A stretch of 63,773 bases of DNA, counting the filler, from Octopus bimaculoides (lineage: Eukaryota): assembly GCF_001194135.2 (NCBI RefSeq). It is 5 parts of 5 records of this genome, joined end to end, with 100 filler letters (N's around TTAATTAATTAA, not from the genome) between each part and the next. Parts side by side here need not be neighbours in the genome. Positions count along the whole stretch, not along the records: positions 1 to 16,995 come from NC_069000.1; positions 17,096 to 32,687 come from NC_068989.1; 3 more parts are not named here. One strand, given 5' to 3'. The position numbers and the translations under genes were made by a program. Below, piece by piece: positions 12,218 through 22,865 of the stretch (position 1 is the first letter of the stretch; the number at the start of each line of letters is the position of its first letter). A model generated the notes under the pieces. The model had not been told where the DNA came from, made no database searches, and saw nothing but the letters and a program-made list of their open reading frames with translations.

Positions 12218-13571
12218 ATCATCATCATCATCATCATCATCGTTTAACGTCCGCTTTCCATGCTAGCATGGGTTGGACGATTTGACTGAGGACTGGTGCA
12301 ACCGGATGGCTACACCAGGCTCCAATCTAATTTGGCAGAGTTTCTACAGCTGGATGCCCTTCTTAACGCCAACCACTCAGAGAGTGTAGTGGGTGCTTTT
12401 ACGTGTCACCCGCACGAAAACGGCCACGCTTGAAATGGTGTCTTTTATGTGCCACCCGCACAAGAGCCAGTCCAGGGGCACTGGCAACGATCTCGCTCGA
12501 AAACCCTACAAGGCCAGTCAGGCGGTACTGGCAANNNNNNNNNNNNNNNNNNNNNNNNNNNNNNNNNNNNNNNNNNNNNNNNNNNNNNNNNNNNNNNNNN
12601 NNNNNNNNNNNNNNNNNNNNNNNNNNNNNNNNNNNNNNNNNNNNNNNNNNNNNNNNNNNNNNNNNNNNNNNNNNNNNNNNNNNNNNNNNNNNNNNNNNNN
12701 NNNNNNNNNNNNNNNNNNNNNNNNNNNNNNNNNNNNNNNNNNNNNNNNNNNNNNNNNNNNNNNNNNNNNNNNNNNNNNNNNNNNNNNNNNNNNNNNNNNN
12801 NNNNNNNNNNNNNNNNNNNNNNNNNNNNNNNNNNNNNNNNNNNNNNNNNNNNNNNNNNNNNNNNNNNNNNNNNNNNNNNNNNNNNNNNNNNNNNNNNNNN
12901 NNNNNNNNNNNNNNNNNNNNNNNNNNNNNNNNNNNNNNNNNNNNNNNNNNNNNNNNNNNNNNNNNNNNNNNNNNNNNNNNNNNNNNNNNNNNNNNNNNNN
13001 NNNNNNNNNNNNNNNNNNNNNNNNNNNNNNNNNNNNNNNNNNNNNNNNNNNNNNNNNNNNNNNNNNNNNNNNNNNNNNNNNNNNNNNNNNNNNNNNNNNN
13101 NNNNNNNNNNNNNNNNNNNNNNNNNNNNNNNNNNNNNNNNNNNNNNNNNNNNNNNNNNNNNNNNNNNNNNNNNNNNNNNNNNNNNNNNNNNNNNNNNNNN
13201 NNNNNNNNNNNNNNNNNNNNNNNNNNNNNNNNNNNNNNNNNNNNNNNNNNNNNNNNNNNNNNNNNNNNNNNNNNNNNNNNNNNNNNNNNNNNNNNNNNNN
13301 NNNNNNNNNNNNGCGGAAGCTATCAACTACCCCTAGTTTTTCTTCCTGGAATGAGATAGAAGTTGTTTCCTGTTTGTTTACAGTGTTTATTGCACCTGAA
13401 CATCTGCCACATACAAAAACTAACTTTGTAGTTAATCTGCCTTTGATATTGCTGCACCTCTTATGTGTCCATAGCTTGTACCGGGTACATCTTATAGAGT
13501 TACTACCTACTCCTTTACTGCATACTGAGCAGTGCCATCTACCTGAAGGGGTTTGTGTTTTATCTACCTTG
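12218..13571 (-). mobile_element. 5'-truncated RTE-type LINE (RT C-terminal part, gap, 3' UTR, (GAT)n tail)
   Basis: 13570-13313 is an open 86-codon frame: KVDKTQTPSGRWHCSVCSKGVGSNSIRCTRYKLWTHKRCSNIKGRLTTKLVFVCGRCSGAINTVNKQETTSISFQEEKLGVVDSFR (leading to the RT 'V.SF.YLG' motif). The same-strand UTR/tail lies at 12534-12218. Continuity across the 778-N gap is inferred. Confidence 0.8.
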
Positions 13572-14123
13572 TGTATATATGTGTGTATGTGTGTGTGTGT
13601 ATGGACTCAACACAGACAACGTCTGGTCAAAAAAGAAAGATCGGGCTTGGCCAAACACCGGTCACGTGGGAAGAGAAGAGAGAGAGGTAGAGGCACAAAA
13701 GAAAGAAGGAGGGGCGAGAAAAAATGACAGGGACCCAGTGAAGTGAAAAGTGGAGGGAAAGTGAACAAGAAGAGAAGGCAAGGAAATGTGAGAGAGGGGG
13801 AACGAAAGAACGAAGAGTGGAATGAACGAATAAGAGTGAAAGGGCTGATAGACAGAAATAGAGTGGTACAAGATTTAGAAAAATGTATAGTTACATATAA
13901 GAGACCAAGGTGTACGTATGCCACTATATATAAATAATACAAAATGGGACAAGAACGCAAAACATCTACATAGACGATACAAAGAATACAAGGATGGGTC
14001 ATTCAGAGTTTTCTTTTCTCAGTCGAGTTTCAGACTATCTTTGCAGTTTCGGCTGGCTATACTCGAGATTGCTCCAATCTGGCCAATCCCAAGGAAAAAC
14101 TAAGCGAAGAGCATTAGATTCTA

Positions 14124-14156
<33 letters not shown>

Positions 14157-14532
14157 NNNNNNNNNNNNNNNNNNNNNNNNNNNNNNNNNNNNNNNNNNNN
14201 NNNNNNNNNNNNNNNNNNNNNNNNNNNNNNNNNNNNNNNNNNNNNNNNNNNNNNNNNNNNNNNNNNNNNNNNNNNNNNNNNNNNNNNNNNNNNNNNNNNN
14301 NNNNNNNNNNNNNNNNNNNNNNNNNNNNNNNNNNNNNNNNNNNNNNNNNNNNNNNNNNNNNNNNNNNNNNNNNNNNNNNNNNNNNNNNNNNNNNNNNNNN
14401 NNNNNNNNNNNNNNNNNNNNNNNNNNNNNNNNNNNNNNNNNNNNNNNNNNNNNNNNNNNNNNNNNNGAGTAATTATAGTAAAGAGTATTATGAGTATTTT
14501 AGCCCACATGTATACCTATACATATATATGTA

Positions 14533-14855
14533 CAGGGGTTGGACAAAATAATGGAAACGCCTTAAAATTTGAAACAAATTTATTTTAATATGCGGTAGGA
14601 CCGCCTTTGGCAGTAATTACAGCTTGAATTCTATGAGGTCTGGACTCGTACAAAGTTTGAATTGCTTCCAAAGGAATTTTTTTTGTCCATTCTTCAGCTA
14701 AAACAGTCTCCAGTTCTTGTAGCGATGATGGTGGAGGATATCGACTCCTTGTTTTTCTAAAATGCACCATAAATGTTCAATAATATTGAGATCTGGGGAC
14801 TGTGGTGGCCAGATAAGATGTCCAACTTCACTAGAATGTTCCTCGTGCCATTCAG
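14533..14855 (-). mobile_element. Truncated Tc1-like element, same family as 26783-28060
   Basis: TA|CAGGGGTTGGACAAAATAATGGAAAC TIR; colinear with 26783-27105; minus strand has WHEEHSSEV.HLIWPPQSPDLNIIEHLW. Confidence 0.92.
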
Positions 14856-14861
14856 AAACTA

Positions 14862-15108
14862 TATCATCATCATCATCATTTTCACTATCACCATTTTAAT
14901 AGCCACTTTCTGATGAATGCATGGGTTGGATAGGGTTTACTGAAGCAGATTTTCTACAATCAGATGCCCTTCCTGTCATCAATCCTCACCTATTCCCAAA
15001 CAAGGTAATATGTCCCCAAGGCCAGATATGTTCTCGCAGAATATTGGAAATAACACTGCTTATACAGCAGCAACAATCATTTTACAACTATCCAGAGATG
15101 TAAGCCAA
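14862..15108 (-). mobile_element. Second (GAT)n-tailed element sharing the RTE-type 3' end
   Basis: (CAT)n tail plus gcatgggttgga and gatgcccttcct shared with 12218-12400; the upstream body differs. Confidence 0.6.
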
Positions 15109-15129
15109 GAAGATACATATACACATATA

Positions 15130-15280
15130 CATGACAGGCTTCTTTCAGTTTCCATCTCCCTAGGTTTAGGTCAACCTGGGACTATATTCGAAGACATTTG
15201 CCCAAGGTGCCTCGCAATGAGACAAAACTCAGAACCATTAGGCTAAGAAGCAAACTTTTTAACCACACGGCCATGCTTGC
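15130..15280 (-). mobile_element. SINE-A head fragment
   Basis: gacaggcttctttcagtttcc...gaagacatttgcccaaggtgcc...aaccacacggccatgc. Confidence 0.82.
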
Positions 15281-15582
15281 AAGCACACAGAGATGTGTGC
15301 GTGTGTGTGTGTGTGTGGTTTACTGTTCCATTATAGGTAGGATCAACAGAAAAAGTACCCCATCTAGTGAGAGATAAATATAATTTAATATAAACAGGAT
15401 TGAAAAAAACTATTAGCTGTTCTTTTTTAAACTTCTGTGTATAGACATATTCCCAGAATTAGCGCGCCAAAATGAAGACCTTTGATTTTTACCATTAAGT
15501 TGTAATTAGCAGAACCATATGCACGTTTGCCTCTGGAGGTGAACAACTTGTATAGGATTCTGAGAATTATGATTTACTTACA

Positions 15583-15644
15583 GTTCGTGCTGAAGAGAAG
15601 CAGACATTCGGTAAGAGTGTTAATTTCGAAACCGGTCCGCGAAT
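15583..15644 (+). ncRNA. Minimal type-I hammerhead ribozyme motif (Penelope/retrozyme-like)
   Basis: Helix I GUUCGUG/CGCGAAU (7 bp, 2 G-U). Core CUGAAGA 15590-96. Helix II GAAG/UUUC closed by G-C, extended by GACAUUC/GAGUGUU with a GGUAA loop. GAAA 15628-31. Palindromic helix III ACCGGU. Cleavage triplet GUC, predicted cut after 15637. Confidence 0.8.
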
Positions 15645-15815
15645 AATGTTTTATTTATGTAATTTTCACTGTCTTGCCCGCATACATTTTAGTATTTCGC
15701 TGAATTTCTTTTGAGAACTATTACGTCTTAGTAGACACAACATGTGGTCTATTTCTAGCACATTAAATGTCCATTTTAGTGGTCACCGTTATATATATAT
15801 ATGTGTATATATATA

Positions 15816-15870
<55 letters not shown>

Positions 15871-16091
15871 TGAGCGTGGCCGTTGCCAGTACCGCCTGAC
15901 TGGCTTCGTGCGGGTAACACGTAAAAGCACCCACTACACTCTCGGAGTGGTTGGCGTTAGGAAGGGCATCCAGCTGTAGAAACACTGCCAAATCAGATTG
16001 GAGCCTGGTGTAGCCATCTGGTTTCACCAGTCCTCAGTCAAATCGTCCAACCCATGCTAGCATGGAAAGCGGACGTTAAACGACGACGACG
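15871..16091 (+). mobile_element. 5'-truncated RTE-type 3' UTR/tail, young copy
   Basis: Near-identical to the reverse complement of 12240-12420 and 12513-34; it starts right after a (TA)n array; the tail is (GAC)n. Confidence 0.88.
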
Positions 16092-16611
16092 TGTACACAT
16101 AATAAACATGTTAACCTTTACAGGCTTTTTTGTATTCCATCAATCGTTATAACTAAACAGTCAGCCTTGTATTCATGTTGACCAGAAACTAATGTTTACG
16201 AATCTCATATCTATAGGGTCCAACACTGAACAAGTATCATGTGGAACTGAAAATTCCAAAATACATATAGTGACACTACCAGATTTGAATGAGTCTGTTT
16301 CAGTTTAATACTACTACTATTATCTCTAAGGGAGATAATTCAGTTTTCAATTTTTTTGTTAATTGACTTCATTGCAGCTGTTGTTTAGCTCCAGATCAAC
16401 CCTGACCAATGATATTTCCCCACCACCCAGCCATATATAGTACATCTATGATTGCAAATTATCCTAAAGTCCCCTCCCACTTATTATGCTTTTGTATAGA
16501 CATGAGGAGCACAGTAGAAATGTTTTGGGACAACATACAAACTTGTGAACCCTGGTATGGCTATCAAGTTTCTGTTCATGTTTTTATTATTATTAATGCA
16601 ATTATTTGGGT

Positions 16612-16738
16612 GACAGAATCGTTAGCACATTAAAAAAAATGCTTCAGGGCATTTCTGTTGGCTGTTTATAATTCTAAGCTCAAGTTCCATCTAGATCAAC
16701 TTTGTCTTTAGTCCTCTGAAGGTCAATAAAATAAATAG
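16612..16738 (+). mobile_element. SINE-B, diverged and 3'-truncated
   Basis: gacagaatcgttagcaca...aaatgctt..ggcatttc...tcaactttgtcttt..tcct.tgaaggtcaataaaata. Confidence 0.6.
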
Positions 16739-16743
16739 GCAAA

Positions 16744-16995
16744 GAACACAGGTACAAGATTTTCTGGGCAGGGAACACTGACGGGATCGGGGGCGTAGGA
16801 ATACTTCTAGCGGAGAAATGGGTGGATACGGTAATCGAGGTCGTTAGAGTAAGTGACAGAGTACTTAAGATCAGACTAGTGCTTCATCATAGATTAGCTA
16901 CTGTCATCTCAGCCTATGCACCTCAACCTGGGCTACCAGATGGTCTGAAAGACCAATTCTATGACACCCTCTTGCAAACTACCTCGTCGACGAGT
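16744..16995 (+). mobile_element. RTE-type apurinic/apyrimidinic endonuclease domain fragment
   Basis: Open frame EHRYKIFWAGNTDGIGGVGILLAEKWVDTVIEVVRVSDRVLKIRLVLHHRLATVISAYAPQPGLPDGLKDQFYDTL (GVG, SDR, YAPQ and FYD motifs); it runs into a gap. Confidence 0.9.
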
Positions 16996-17095
16996 NNNNN
17001 NNNNNNNNNNNNNNNNNNNNNNNNNNNNNNNNNNNNNNNTTAATTAATTAANNNNNNNNNNNNNNNNNNNNNNNNNNNNNNNNNNNNNNNNNNNN
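16996..17095. other. Artificial 100-nt scaffold spacer N44-TTAATTAATTAA-N44
   Basis: The identical construct occurs at 32688-32787, 60615-60714 and 62329-62428; the 12-mer puts a stop in all six frames. Confidence 0.95.
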
Positions 17096-18679
17096 TATAC
17101 ATACATACATATACACACATATATATACCCATACATATATACACACATACATACAAATACAACACACATACATATATACATTTTGAATATGAAAATTTAA
17201 AAGTTTAAAAATCTTATGATATAAATATAAACTGTGAGAACGACCCTTAAGGAATCTAATTAATGATCTCCTAAGGTAAGTTCTTATGCTATATTGGTAA
17301 CGGTTGCTACATCCTCTGGAAAAAAAAAAAATATATATATATGTATATATAAAACTGCGTGTGTGGTTGTGCTTACATATATATCTCTCTGTGTATGTAT
17401 TTATGTATTACGCTAAATTTCATTGACAGCGTTATTGTGGTGTAAAGCAAATAAATTAGCATATATCACTCAACATTGTTGATCATGAGTTTTCCATTTG
17501 CCTGAAGGATTTCATAAATTTGTGAAAATGTTATTCAGCTTTTTTTTTTTTTTCATTATTTCATTTCGATGTCCTGAGTATCTATTATTCTTACAATCGA
17601 TGACCTCGTAAGAATACAACAGAATAAAATTCAGGTTATTTAAGTTGTATTGATAAGAATGGCATCTTATCTTTAACCGTTTCACGCAGTTTTATAAGTA
17701 GAAATCATACACACGCTCAATTACATTGCATAATATAGATTCATACTTATAAAACAACATTCAGAAAATGCTATTTACATTAATAACACAGTCATCATTA
17801 ATGTTACTCCGGATAAAGAGACACAAAGAGCAAGTGCTTATGGATATGTTTATGAATTTTAATTAACATTCTGTCTTTAAAATACTTCTTGAAATATAAT
17901 ATGTTAATCGACGTGCAATAGAATCATAACACTTTTGTGTAATGATATTTAGCATTCGTATCGCTTCTTATCCGATACGAATAAATACACACACTCACAC
18001 GCATGTACTCGTTTATATACTTAAATATACATACATGCATATATGCATGTGCGTCTGCGCCAGTGTGTGAGTGTGTAATTCTTATTCTATATATGAATGC
18101 ATATATATATATACATATATATGTACATATGCAGAAACAAGCACATACACATACACAAACACACACACATACACACACACACACACACACACCCGCACAC
18201 ACACACACACACACATACACGCACACGCATATATATATATANNNNNNNNNNNNNNNNNNNNNNNNNNNNNNNNNNNNNNNNNNNNNNNNNNNNNNNNNNN
18301 NNNNNNNNNNNNNNNNNNNNNNNNNNNNNNNNNNNNNNNNNNNNNNNNNNNNNNNNNNNNNNNNNNNNNNNNNNNNNNNNNNNNNNNNNNNNNNNNNNNN
18401 NNNNNNNNNNNNNNNNNNNNNNNNNNNNNNNNNNNNNNNNNNNNNNNNNNNNNNNNNNNNNNNNNNNNNNNNNNNNNNNNNNNNNNNNNNNNNNNNNNNN
18501 NNNNNNNNNNNNNNNNNNNNNNNNNNNNNNNNNNNNNNNNNNNNNNNNNNNNNNNNNNNNNNNNNNNNNNNNNNNNNNNNNNNNNNNNNNNNNNNNNNNN
18601 NNNNNNNNNNNNNNNNNNNNNNNNNNNNNNNNNNNNNNNNNNNNNNNNNNNNNNATATATATATATATATAACGAATTG

Positions 18680-18971
18680 AAGGCAAGATTAACAAACGTC
18701 ACAATAGTGCTGGAGGGTGCTGACTAGCACCGCTTATGTCAAATTAAGAGTTAAATTAACTTCTAAGCCACCAAAACATCATACAGAAGGTGTTCTACAC
18801 CAAAATTAGAAATCGCTATACGGCTATATACGCTCGAGAATTACTTCCATTTGTCCGTCATTATGTGTACTACTTAATGGATTTGTAGTTAATTTAACTC
18901 TTATTTTAGCACAAGCGGTGCTAGTCAGCAACCCCCACCCATCATTTTGTGACCTCTCGTAATTTCGCCTT
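18680..18971. mobile_element. MITE-like element with ~80-bp imperfect terminal inverted repeats
   Basis: Arms 18680-18761 and 18887-18971. Core tgctgactagcaccgctt.tg..aaa.taagagttaaattaact is inverted. Confidence 0.75.
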
Positions 18972-19129
18972 TTGTTTCTAATTGATAATAAACCACCCTT
19001 TTAATTCGTTATAAATATATGTGTGCACATACATATAGGCAGAATAGTTGGTGGAGGTTCGTTTTCCGTGGGTCCGCATAAGAGATCTGAACGCAGCAAA
19101 AGAAAGGCATGATCTGTCACGACATATAA

Positions 19130-19480
19130 ATAGCAATACAAAATTGGGTCTTTACAAACTATGTCTCACCATCCCTGTTGTATTCTTCTGAAACATGGAC
19201 ATGTTATGAAAGTCATTTCAAATTATTAGAACAATTCCACCAAAAATGCATTCATCGCATTTAACACATTAAATGGAGTTTTTTTGCTACAAACACAAAT
19301 GTATTTGCATATGCAGGCACCATCCGAACTAAAGCCATGGTTTTGAAAAACCAAAAGAGATAATATGGTCATATTACTCGAATGCCGGATGAATGCATAC
19401 CCAAACCGTTGTTTTATGGTGAGCTCGCTGAGGGGAAACACTCTCAGTCTAAACTTTAAAAAAAGGTTTAAGGATGGCTT
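19130..19480 (+). pseudogene. BovB-like RTE ORF C-terminal fragment
   Basis: With frameshifts: TKLGLYK...SETWTCYESHFKLLEQFHQKCIHRI...KW...GHITRMPDECIPKPLFYGELAEGKHSQ...KRFKDGL. Confidence 0.85.
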
Positions 19481-19896
19481 ATATATATATATATATATAT
19501 ATATCGTAAAATATATTTGCCACCTAAATGTGGCTGACCTATGTGAGACGATGCTACTGTAGTTTATAGGCCCAGGAAGACATCTGCTCCAGCTGGCTAA
19601 CGAAACACTGTCTGTACCCGATCAGTATTTGCGAGGCGAAACCATCGTTCCTNNNNNNNNNNNNNNNNNNNNNNNNNNNNNNNNNNNNNNNNNNNNNNNN
19701 NNNNNNNNNNNNNNNNNNNNNNNNNNNNNNNNNNNNNNNNNNNNNNNNNNNNNNNNNNNNNNNNNNNNNNNNNNNNNNNNNNNNNNNNNNNNNNNNNNNN
19801 NNNNNNNNNNNNNNNNNNNNNNNNNNNNNNNNNNNNNNNNNNNNNNNNNNNNNNNNNNNNNNNNNNNNNNNNNNNNNNNNNNNNNNNNNNNNNNNN

Positions 19897-19937
<41 letters not shown>

Positions 19938-20416
19938 TATATATGTGTGTATGTATGTATATATGTATGTATATATAATGTTGTATTTCGAGATGGTCGT
20001 CTTCTTTTTTTGCCAAATAAACACAGACATTATATATTTCTTCTTCAATCACTATATATTTCTTCTTATATAGATATATAAAATAAATAAATAAATATAA
20101 AAATAAATAAATATATTTTTCACATACTTGTGATAAATATAAGAAATAGAGATAGATAAAATATAAATAAATAGATTCTTATAGAGGGAATGGATACAAA
20201 CAACATACGAAGCGAACCCATACACAAACACACACACACATACACAAACAAGAGATTTAACGGACGGCCACAGCAATATCAACAACACATATCAACGACT
20301 GCAGCAGTTGTGGTTACAACGATGGCAACAACAACCACGACTGGAGATACAGAGAGATACAGGAACTGTACCAAGAGGAAGGCCATACTGCTGCTAGGAA
20401 GAGTGACACACACAAG

Positions 20417-20455
<39 letters not shown>

Positions 20456-20782
20456 GCACACACACACACACACCCAAACACGGACGCAAATGCATGCGAA
20501 CTTAAGGACACACATCTTAGAAGAAGAGAATGGAGTAATTGAAGCAAGAGCACACACGAAAGCGAAAAGTGTCGCAGAAGTGGTCAAGAACGTATAACGA
20601 AAGATTTCCGGACAATGGACATGAGTTAAAAATAAAATGTACAGTAATGAACGAGTGAAGAACATATGTATAGTGCGTGTGTCTGCCTGTTTGTCTGACT
20701 ATCTATTTATCTAGCTAGCTGCTAGCTAGCTAGCTAATACATACATGCAAAAAAATAGAGAGAAATGTGTGTGTTTATACGT

Positions 20783-20818
<36 letters not shown>

Positions 20819-22812
20819 ATTTGTAGACCTAGAAATTATATATGTCTTTAACGCGAAGAAAGTGAGAAAACAGAGAACGGTGAGAGAAAGATGTAGGGAC
20901 ACCGGAGAGGATCAGATACTCAGACATAGTGGAAACGGTTTAGTAAGTCAAATGCGAGCAAAGACCTATCAGTATAATGTTAACCTCGATTCATAACATA
21001 GCGAATCATCTGGCTGCTGTAGTAAAGATATATAATTGTTTTCTTGTTCTAAGACAACGAATTTATTTGCTTAACGTTTCATCACAAATATTTGGGGAGT
21101 GATCGTAATGTTAAACGATATATGTTATTAATAAAATGAACAATTATGTATTTGTGATATTTTTGGAAGAAGAACAAATATATAATTGTTCTCTTTATGA
21201 ATGCGTTTTCTAATTCATCTCTCACAATATATATTCAATGAATTTATAGATGACTTAAGTAAAGTTGTTGTTTTGATTACGGATTGTACTTACTTGGCAA
21301 GTGTTGTTCTGTGTCGAAATGAACGAATTCCATTGACTCACAGATTCACTACAGCCTATTTAACTGCACAAACGTACGTACATACATTGATATGAGCTCC
21401 AGTGAAAGTATGTGTTTGCATATGTTTGTACATGTACAATCATAAATGAAGCTGTATTCCCACCACACTATATCTATCTATCTATCTACCAAGGCAGTTT
21501 TGTGTTTTTCAATGAAACCTCAATATTCGGAGACATCTCGGTGCTTCGTATCCAAGATATGAGTACTCTGTTGCTGGAATGCAATGTCTTTCGTGGACGT
21601 ACTGTCAAAGTTATTGACGTTGAGAGCGGTTCTGAGAATTTGATGTATCTCCTTTAATGCTTCTGCAATTTTTGGGTATGTTCTGAATGGTGCCATTTTA
21701 AAAATTAGTTTTAGTGTTTAGCTAGCTGTGTAACATACACTATATAGCCTTCGTGGTCAAAAGAATTATTTCCGAACACGGTGTATTGTATAGGCTGAAA
21801 GGGATTCCTCTTCTGTTTTTGACTGTTTAACCACTAAATGATCTTTGTTCCTCAGAGCTTTAGTCCTCATGTTACATGTAGAGAATGTCGTTGCACGTTC
21901 TCTTGCACTTATTTCCTATGTTTTTCTCTTTATCAGAGACTATATAATATCTCTAAAGACCTGAAATGTACCCCCAGATTTTGCAGTCTATGGGCTTCAC
22001 ACCGTTTCTATGATTTCCATTTAACCGTTGAATTTAAATGCTAATAATTCAGCAGTCACGCTACATGAATAGTTCTCAATAGACATGAGAAGGTTAGTAA
22101 CGTTTAGGTTTACTGCAAACACCATATGCGCATCCAGTCACACACACGCACACACACATACGTACATACATACATACATAAGTATGAATATACATACAAA
22201 CACACACACAAACACACACATATCCGCCAGGAACATATATACATATACAGATATAAACGGAGAGGAAAAGATCAAATGAGAGAACACAGCGTAGAGAAAG
22301 ACTAGTTATTTCATAACTCGCAGTACAGCGTGGGAGAAGCAAATAAAGCAAAATTACATAAACTATATTACTGCTGGCATCTAATTTTTATGAGTTAAAT
22401 AATCTGCTTAATGTAACAAATAAATATAACTGTTAACATTAATAAGAAAAACAAAAAGAAATAAATATTTATTGAAATTCTATGTTCCAGTAATTTGGTA
22501 CAGAGTTTATTAGTTTAAAGATAAAAGCCATTATTAAAATCAACTATTATATATCTTTGAGGTTTTGGGAAAGATAACAATTATATAATAGTTCATTTCA
22601 TTAATACATTTTGTTTTTCCTCTCCCACAAGTTGACTGAAAGACTTTATAAATATTATTTGTGATGTTCTCGATTCATAAATGAAATAATTTGGCGAAGA
22701 AATTGCACTGAGATCATAAGGTAAAAGAGAAGGGATACCATTTAGAAAATTTGGTGGGCAGCTTTATATTACGAGATGCAAAGTTTTATGTACGTATATC
22801 TATCTGTCTGTG

Positions 22813-22865
<53 letters not shown>

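Noticed and set aside
15573-15596. Possible 8-nt minus-strand microexon (ttctcttcAG|cacgaact|GTAAGT)
   Set aside because: The signals overlap the hammerhead core on the other strand, the length is frame-breaking and there is no supporting neighbour.
17040-17051. TTAATTAATTAA palindrome occurring four times, superficially like a regularly reused repeat
   Set aside because: Always centred in exactly 44+44 N; it is an assembly spacer with six-frame stops, not biology.
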